DNA of 64,000 bases from Eledone cirrhosa (lineage: Eukaryota), in the NCBI GenBank assembly GCA_964016885.1, contig OZ024741.1, positions 149,172,001 through 149,236,000 on the forward strand, in the 5' to 3' direction. The notes under the pieces were generated by a model. It saw only the letters and a list, made by a program, of their open reading frames with translations. It did no database searches and was not told where the DNA came from. Each line of letters starts with the position of its first letter. Position 1 is the stretch's first letter. Positions 55,186 to 64,000 of this stretch are shown here, in pieces. The position numbers were made by a program, and so were the translations under genes.

Positions 55186-55575
55186 TTTTTTTTTTTTTTT
55201 CTAGGGCGGATAAAATTCCCGCGATCCATGGACGAGTTCTCTCCAGCGGTCTCAATCCCAAAATTATCGCTGCCATGTCCTGCGTCTCCAACAGACCAGT
55301 GTCTGTCCTTAGGGCATCAACATACGTTAACCTTGGTCTTCCTCTTCTAGTGTGTCCATGTAGGGGCTCCCACAGGAGCACTGAGTGCAATGACAACTCT
55401 GGATGTTGGTGAGCATGTCCAGCTAACCTCAGTCTCCTCTGTGTCACTTTTGAGCTGACTTTTGGGAGGTTCCCATACAGCTCTGAGTTTTTCATCCTCA
55501 GTGTATACTGATTAATGTTCAGAGCCATCCTCAACATTCTCGTGTGGTACCCATCCACCATCAAGAAACTCACTC
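55186..55575 (-). mobile_element. RTE-clade LINE 3' fragment with A-tail
   Basis: [10 protein letters not shown]...RRLRLAGH..LLWEP.HG..RRGRP..TYVD; poly-T on the plus strand at 55186-55200. Confidence 0.85.
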
Positions 55576-55649
<74 letters not shown>

Positions 55650-55660
<11 letters not shown>

Positions 55661-56172
55661 ATGTATATATATACATACATGCACATATATATATATGCAC
55701 GTATCGGTTTACCGAACATTTATTATAATGCTCGGTTTGTTTGTTTGTAAACAAACAAACAGCCCGAATTACGCCGTACAGTGTTTAGGCAACCACGTCA
55801 CCTTTTTGTTCAACACTGACACAGGAACGATGTACTAGTTTCAAGCTTATTAGCTATCGTCAGCATCGTATACCTTCCTGCCAGATGGTTGAACGTCTGA
55901 AAGTATATACTTTCCTTTTGCATATTAACGGCTGAGCAGCCTAATTTGCATATCGAGTGAGTTCAGTCGGCCGAGCACACCGAAAACGATAAATGGAATA
56001 GAATGAAACGGTAAACTGATACATGCATATATATATGTGTGCATGTATGTATATATATATATATATACATACTACTATACGTCTGTATACATATATGTAT
56101 GTACGTATACATACATACTTACATCTAAGTAAGTGCCGTACTAAGAGTGAGAAATGAAATTTCGTTTCATTC

Positions 56173-56175
<3 letters not shown>
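55650..56175. mobile_element. Diverged, differently permuted copy of the 420-bp hammerhead unit
   Basis: Same segments as 53775-54625 in a different order, with an inverted terminal part; (TA)n flanks. Confidence 0.8.
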
Positions 56176-56237
<62 letters not shown>

Positions 56238-56238
<1 letters not shown>

Positions 56239-56450
56239 CGGAGGAAATGTGGTAAGGAACCAGGTGGACCATAACGCACCAAAGTACTCAATACTTAGGG
56301 TAGTAGTAGAGTGGGTAATAGGAACGAGTAGGACCCCGACGGCTGAGCTCAAGCCGTTTCGACGGCTAATTCTGGACTAAAAAAAAAAAGTCCAGAATTA
56401 GCCGTCGAAACGGCTTGAACTCAGCCGTCGGGGTCCTACTCCTTCCTATA
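56238..56450. mobile_element. Approximately 200-bp hairpin element family (copies 57165-57300, 59567-59775, 62030-62218; diverged 59830-60015)
   Basis: Shared tgtggtaaggaaccag.tggaccataacgcacc..agtactcaatacttaggg leader plus about 60-bp GC-rich inverted arms; each copy lies between (TA)n tracts. Confidence 0.9.
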
Positions 56451-56465
56451 TATATATATATAAAG

Positions 56466-56586
<121 letters not shown>

Positions 56587-56648
56587 GCAACGGGTCACTT
56601 TGTGGCTCAATGAAGTGTTAATAAATTAAACAGTCAGAGCCATATATC

Positions 56649-57116
56649 ATAAAACATGTCTATAGAATCACCAGATAAAATATATACCGTTTCCTCTCCC
56701 AATTAGCATAATTAACCATATAAAAAATCGCGATCACTTTGGAAAATTAATTGTCTAAATTTGAGCTAACTCCTGAAGAGTCCGGTGCTCCAGATGTCCG
56801 ATGTTATCGGATATCTTAAAATGCGGACGAAACCATGGTAGAGGTACTTAATATGTTCACTTTTCTCCTAGTTTATTTTACACCTAATTCTGTTTAGTTG
56901 ACTGTATATCTGGACGATTTATACATGCTGTCGAAATACTCGATAAATACTCCGTCGCAACTGCAGCGAAGGGCTGCTTTCGCTTATTTGTCGGAGATTT
57001 CTTCATAGAAGCATTTATTCTTATAGCTTGGTCTAATCGATTTTTTATATGGTTAATTATGCTAGTTGGGAGAGGAAACGGTATATATTTTATCTGGTGA
57101 TTCTATAGACATGTTT

Positions 57117-57119
<3 letters not shown>
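56649..57119. mobile_element. Element with 82-bp terminal inverted repeats enclosing a hammerhead
   Basis: 56649-56730 is the reverse complement of 57038-57119 (1 mismatch). Confidence 0.85.
56770..56843 (+). ncRNA. Type I hammerhead with canonical core
   Basis: CUC-CUGAAGA-GUCCG-[inner hairpin AGAUGUCCGAU/AUCGGAUAUCU]-CGGAC-GAAAC-CAUG-GUA|GAG. Confidence 0.85.
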
Positions 57120-57166
<47 letters not shown>

Positions 57167-57903
57167 CAAAGGAATTGTGGTAAGGAACCAGATGGACCAT
57201 AACGCACCAGAGTACTCAATACTTAGGGTAGTAGAGTGGGAAATAGGAAATAGCCGTCGAAACGGCTTGAGCACTGCCGTCGGGGTCATACTTTTTCCTA
57301 TATATATATATATAGTTACCGTATTTTTTCGGAATTCAAGACGCATCCTTATTTTGGAAACAAATTATTGTAGTTTTTCACATTTTTATTCGGTGTACAG
57401 GACGCAGAGCATTTCGCTCGGATTAACACCATCATCTGGCCCTGGGTGGTGGTGTGGATTTAGTAGAATTAAATTCGTTCAAACATTTTAATCAAATCGT
57501 CACTCTGAAGATGTATTACTCAATATTACTCAGTATTACTTCAGTCATGGTTTCTCCTCCCTCCTCGACCACAACCGCCAGCCTTTTCAGTGATCTGTGA
57601 AAAGTTATACGAAGGGGCGGGGGCTGCTCTCCCCCCTCTGACTGGGTCATACAAAATTAGCAAAATGTCCCACTTCCACTCGCATGAAGGTAAAATATGA
57701 TATCACATGAGATATAACATGATACTCTCTCGTGTCTTTTGTAAAACATCGTGACGGACAGAATTACGAATGCGTTACCTCGAGGAATAGCGAGAGAGAT
57801 GCGCTGAAACCATTATTTATTAGATAGGTGGTCGCCAACCTTTTCACTAGAAAGGACCCCCTTTTATTTAAATGTATTTTCCCCCATTACAATTACTCTG
57901 CTC

Positions 57904-58577
57904 CAGTCGTATGTAGCGAGGAGGGAAGAGGGTGTCACAGCCCCGGGCAACATTATAAAGGTAGGTGGTGGGGCATCCCATCAAAGAGTCATGCATGTTT
58001 CTCTATTTAATACAACTACAGACGCAGCGTCCACTTCGATTTCTCTAGCACCCATCCAAAATCTGCGCCCTGTTTTCTGCCCAGATCAAAAGAATGAGAA
58101 ATGTATTACCTTGAAATCCTATACATATGTTCGGGCAAATCTAATGTGACTGGTTTTATATTAACTTAAAGTGTTAACTGTTTCTATTAACTTAGGCAGG
58201 AGGCTGCAGTATTTAAGACTATTCAACAGAATTCGTAATATAATCGGCTTGTCTCCCCACAGCCCCGGCGGACAGAATAGAGAAGACGTTTCTCCGGAGA
58301 GAGACGGCAAGAGAGACGCGCTGGAAAAGCCACTCCAACTCGCGGGGCTCACACCTGCGGCTGGCCAGCTCAGCGCCTATGGTGGTGCGTAGGGAGGTAG
58401 CCCTAGGGCTGAGGACACCAGAAGTCTCCACTGCCAAAGGTACAATTCATATTTTCATCTGTCTTTATATATTTAAAAAGTCTTCCTTGCTCACATTTCC
58501 CAGTACTAGGCCCTAGTTTTAGGGATATACAATCAAGGAGTTGACCCCGGGCGTCACCAAACCTTCGCACGCCACTG
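57904..58577. mobile_element. Non-autonomous hAT-like DNA transposon
   Basis: CAGT...ACGCCACTG termini; 8-bp TSD ctctgctc / ctcttctc. Confidence 0.6.
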
Positions 58578-59505
58578 CTCTTCTCACAGATAATTATACA
58601 TTTTGTCTGTGTGACGCAGCTCTGTTATACCGCATAGACTATGGTTACCTTCATCCCCATTTTCCTTACTTTCGCTATTTAATGTTTTCCTTCAACAGAA
58701 ACAACTATAAGAAATGGAACAATAAAAAATGTCAATAAAATATTTTTTTTAAAGCTGCTCTCATGTCTGTCTGAATATTAATCCAGTTCTCTGCTTACTT
58801 CTGTTATACAGTTTGAATAACAATCAAAGGATGGGGATGGTTATACAATCAAAGGATGGGGATGAGAAGAATGCATAGTATGCTGTTGTTGTTGTTTGTT
58901 TTTTGTTTTTCTTAAAAGTACATGAAATTGAGAAGCTATCGCAAGAATCCTCAATAACCTCAGCTACAGAACCGAAACTAGTGCAAAATACTTGCAGGGA
59001 CACAACCGCTTAATTATTTCATCTTCGTTACCTCCCTTGAAACCTAAGTATATTCCGGTAGGTGGCGTCTGCATTTGTAATATAACCGAGAACCTTGCCC
59101 TATCGTTTGACAGTTGTCGGTAGACTTGATTGGGGCAAGTCTTAAATTTTTACCCGGGTGAGTTATTCATCATATGGTTGCATTTTTGCTTTCAGATTTG
59201 CTTTTTTTTTTCTTAATATATTTTTTCCCTTGCAGTTTAATTTAAAAGAATAACAATTATTATTGTCTGCATCAATTTACTAACATGATGAAGCCAGCAT
59301 CATCCTCAATATAGCTCTAACATGAACCAATGCTATGCAACATAACCTTCACCATTACCTGAAGGTCGTACACTGACAATCTAAAAGCTGGCTGGCAAGG
59401 TATCCTGTATATACCCTATAGATACTCATAGATTGCTGCGTTTCTTATACAAACAACTAATACAATTAATATCTGTTCTTTAATCGGTAAAAAAAAATAT
59501 ACTCC

Positions 59506-59570
<65 letters not shown>

Positions 59571-59772
59571 AAAAAGTATGACCCCGACGGCAGAGCTCCA
59601 GCCGTTTCGACGGCTATTTCTGGACTGAGGTAGCTGTCCAGAAATAGCCGTCGAAACGGCTCGAACTCTGCCGTCGGGGTCATACTTTTTCCTATTTCCC
59701 ACTCTACTACCCTAAGTATTGAGTACTCTGGTGCGTTATGGTCCATCTGATTCCTTACCACAATTCCTTTGT

Positions 59773-59830
<58 letters not shown>

Positions 59831-60098
59831 GATGGATTCAGTTTGAAACTGGTTAGACCAGTACTCAACAGAGTACTCGATACTTAGGGTATTAGAGTAT
59901 GGTTATATTATAATAAATTGGGACCCCCGATGGCTGATCTCTTGCCGTTTTAACAGCTAGTTCCAGACTCAGCTGTTAAAACGGCAAGAGCTCAGCCGTC
60001 GGGATCCCGACTCTTTAGTATATATATATGTATATATATTTATACATACATACATGCATACATATATGCATACATACATACATACATACATACATACA

Positions 60099-60131
<33 letters not shown>

Positions 60132-60592
60132 TCATGCATACATGCATGTATACATACATGCATACATGGTGGCTGCCAACTCGTTTTCTAGTACGGCCAC
60201 TACTTTATATCCATGTAGGAGAACCCCTACCGATGCGCTGAACGAGTGCGACTTGAAAACTCTGGTACAAACACTACACTTGTGACAATTATTGACACAT
60301 AGTGCTAGGCCCATGGTACCATGTGACGACAAGTGCATATAGAGATGATTGATGGAATTTTACCTGTGTACTCACAGAATCATCATAATCATTATTGGAC
60401 CTAATATAACTATGTAAAATTGCCTCCTATGTTTTGTATTTCATTTAACACTATATATATATATATATATATATATAGTTTTATTAGTTTTGTAATTCTC
60501 CTCACCAATTCTGTAAAATAGTTTTAACATAACAAGCGCTTTCTGTTGATTTTTTTTCATGCCATTTACTAACAATGGTGATGATGATGATG

Positions 60593-60657
<65 letters not shown>

Positions 60658-61629
60658 TCGAATTTAATGATAAGGTGTACTTTATAACATAAAATGCTGA
60701 AATAATTTATCGCCAACGAAAGAAAGAGAAACTAAGAAGTAACCGTATTTAGTTCACCTTGAACTTTGAATGTCAAGGTCTTTTCTAGTAGTAGCACACC
60801 AACAACAAAAGATTAATATAGTAGATTCAGAAGAAATAGTTTCCTTATAATCATTATCTCCCTTCATAATATTTTGTAAACTAGAACAAAATAATTTGAA
60901 TATTAAAATTAATTAATTTCCAATTTGCATAATAAAAATACAATGACAATCGTTAGTATTTAGAGTAATTACAATTTACTATTTCTGGAAATTACGTTAT
61001 CATATTTAATTAACATATTCCAATACATCGAAGAAAAAAAAACGTTCTGTAATATTAATCAATATGTATTAGAATATTTTATATCATAGTGGATTACTGT
61101 TGTTACTGTGGATGTTATTGATGTTATTGTTCTTGTTTAGCACTTAGAATCCAGCCCTTCGGTGCTGCGTTTAAAAGAAAAAAAAAATTTCCCAAAAAAA
61201 TTTCGTCTTCTGACGCCTATCTGCCTTTCTGACCCCAAGCTGCCCCTCTGACCCAAATCCCTTATCATTCTCTGTCCTTCTTATGACCCGGCCTTAATTT
61301 CTTTGGGGGACAGAAAGTTGGTGCCAACTTTGGCAAGATATTACAAAAACATCTAAACGATGATGATGACACAAACACATATATATATACAAACACACAT
61401 ATATATATATACATACAGACACACATATATATACACACATATACACACCCACACATATATATATAAGAGAAAATAATCACACACGCAATACTAATTAACA
61501 CCATATCACTATAGAGACCTGTTGTAAATAAACAAACTGTATCGTAACTTTCAATGTAAAAAAAAACAAAAAAACACATTCACTTGTCATAAAAATTAGT
61601 TTCACTTTCTCGGACGTTATATTTTACCT

Positions 61630-61699
<70 letters not shown>

Positions 61700-61917
61700 T
61701 ATATTTATATTTATATGTGTGTGTGTGTGTGTGTGTGTATCTATATATATATATATACAAGTGGAAGCTTAGTAAAATCGAAGCTTTGGCTGCGGCCAAG
61801 CAAAGTCGACCTACAATTAGGAATGAGTAGCTAAGCACTCTATAAGGGTAGGAGGTCCTTAGAGTAATAACATACGTTTAGATAGCTTGACAAATTGAAA
61901 ATTGCGGCAGGCAAACC

Positions 61918-62032
<115 letters not shown>

Positions 62033-62214
62033 CGGAGGAGGTGTGGTAAGGAACCAGATGGACCATAACGCACCAGGGTACTCAATACTTAGGGTAGTAG
62101 AGTGGGTAATAGGAGAAAGTATGACCCCGACCGCAGAGCTCAGGCCGTTTCGACGGCTAGTCCAGAAATAGCCGTCGAAACGGCTTGAGTTCTGCCGTCG
62201 GGATGACACTTTCT

Positions 62215-62416
<202 letters not shown>

Positions 62417-62825
62417 CACATCTTTCCCTCTCTCTCTCTCTCTACACACACACACCTTTCGATATATTTCAGTAACAAAATTCTGTTCCCTTCTTCCAAA
62501 CATGTTCAGCAAATTCCGTTGTTTAAAGGTAACACAGACCAAGAGAATATCTTCCTATTATCTTCTGTATAAAACATCTTTGTATTTTATGACTTTACAT
62601 ATTGTAATATAATCTAGTCGGTATACCTCTAACACTTCTGACGTTAAAAGTACATCTCGTAGTTTTTGAAATGTTAGACTCGCGATTGTCTGCATACCAT
62701 TCTTGCAAAATATTCAAAGGTAAAGGAAATGTTTTGGATGTTTCAGGTGATTTAGAAGGGCGCTGTAGTGCTATAACAAGCTAACCCCCTCTCTCTCTCT
62801 ATCTATCTATCTATCTATCTATTTA

Positions 62826-62888
<63 letters not shown>

Positions 62889-62891
<3 letters not shown>

Positions 62892-63218
62892 ATCAAAAGA
62901 TGGTTAAAGGAGTTCCATGTATTTTATTATGCGCATTTCAAAAACAAACATCATCATGCAATAATAATATTTGTGTTTTCATCAGATAAAACAGGAGGAC
63001 ATGATATGAAGGCTAAAAAACACTTGTGGATAGTGCAGTTTTAAATCAACACATATGTTGATTTAAAACTGCACTATCCACAAGTGTTTTTTAGCCTTCA
63101 TATCATGTCCTCCTGTTTTATCTGATGAAAACACAAATATTATTATTGCATGATGATGTTTGTTTTTGAAATGCGCATAATAAAATACATGGAACTCCTT
63201 TAACCATCTTTTGATCTT
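62889..63218. mobile_element. Fold-back palindromic element (about 330 bp) carrying hammerheads
   Basis: Inverted repeat centred near 63053 (aatcaaca-cata-tgttgatt); arms differ at a few stem II positions; (TA)n flank. Confidence 0.9.
63114..63187 (+). ncRNA. Type I hammerhead (mirror in the left arm on -)
   Basis: UGUUUUAU-CUGAUGA-AAAcACAAAUAUUAUUAU..AUGAUGAUGUUUGUuUUU-GAAA-UGCGCA-UA|AUAAAAUA. Confidence 0.8.
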
Positions 63219-63475
63219 ATATATTATGTATACTCCAGTCCTACAAACTGTAGAGTGCTTCTTATCCGATATCTGCATTGCTTTATTGTACTACAATAAA
63301 ACTCACCTCCTACATATATATATATACAGAAAGAGAGAGATTAAAAAGAATCGAAGTCAGTGTTTGCAGCATGAATACAAACATTATTGGCATAAGTTAA
63401 CACACCTGACTTATAATATATATATATATATATATTGGAAAATGTGTGTAATCCTTGGTACAGTTAGGTATATTA

Positions 63476-63925
63476 AGACAGGGGGGAAGAAAAAAATGGC
63501 TTCACTTGTGCTTTCAACAAATTTATTTTCTTCACAAAATCCCAAAAGAATTTTTTTTCCGAATTAGAAAAAAAAATTTTCTTAAAAAAAAAAAAATTAT
63601 TTTATAAATTAAGTTGTTGGTTGTTGGTTGTTGGTTAGGTCTTAGGAGTTCTTGGTTAACGTAGGAGGTATTGTTTCGTTTTTAGAACGACCTTTCACGT
63701 TGCGGTGCGCTTGTCAAGCGTTCTAAAAACGAAACAATACCTCCTACGTTAACCAAGAACTCCTAAGACCTAACCAACAACCAACAACCAACAACTTAAT
63801 TTATAAAATAATTTTTTTTTTTTTAAGAAAAAAATTTTTTCTAATCCGGAAAAAAATTCTTTTTAGATTTTGTGAAGAAAATAAATTTGTTGAAAGCACA
63901 AGTGAAGCCATTTTTTCTTCCCCCC

Positions 63926-63930
<5 letters not shown>
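63476..63930. mobile_element. Fold-back element with about 213-bp arms and a 29-nt spacer
   Basis: 63476-63689 is the reverse complement of 63719-63930; (TA)n/(GA)n on the right. Confidence 0.88.

Positions 63931-64000
<70 letters not shown>

Noticed and set aside
56340-56430. Rho-independent terminators or pre-miRNAs for the GC-rich hairpins
   Set aside because: Eukaryotic repeat context with multiple dispersed copies; explained as mobile-element arms; no expression evidence.

Overview
AT-rich, microsatellite-dense animal genomic DNA. The SINE/LINE repertoire looks cephalopod (Octopus-like), but this is recognition and was not verified. One protein-coding gene is supported: a two-exon bacterial-type PI-PLC X-domain phosphodiesterase (13482-14118 + 22411-22631, about 285 aa). 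The rest is repeats: tRNA-derived SINEs, RTE, Tx1-like and RLE-type non-LTR fragments, two non-autonomous Helitrons, hAT MITEs, 35-, 50- and 53-bp tandem arrays, and two Penelope-like elements (PLEs), one arranged as a 4.9-kb inverted repeat. The most striking signal is a dense set of short non-coding elements sitting in (TA)n tracts. They are fold-back palindromes, inverted-repeat or circularly permuted units, and they carry type I hammerhead ribozyme motifs (CUGANGA...GAAA...NUH) in at least five different sequence families, with visible stem covariation. I infer a system of PLE-mobilised, hammerhead-containing fold-back 'retrozymes'. All alignments and folds were done by eye; repeat boundaries are approximate unless termini are quoted.
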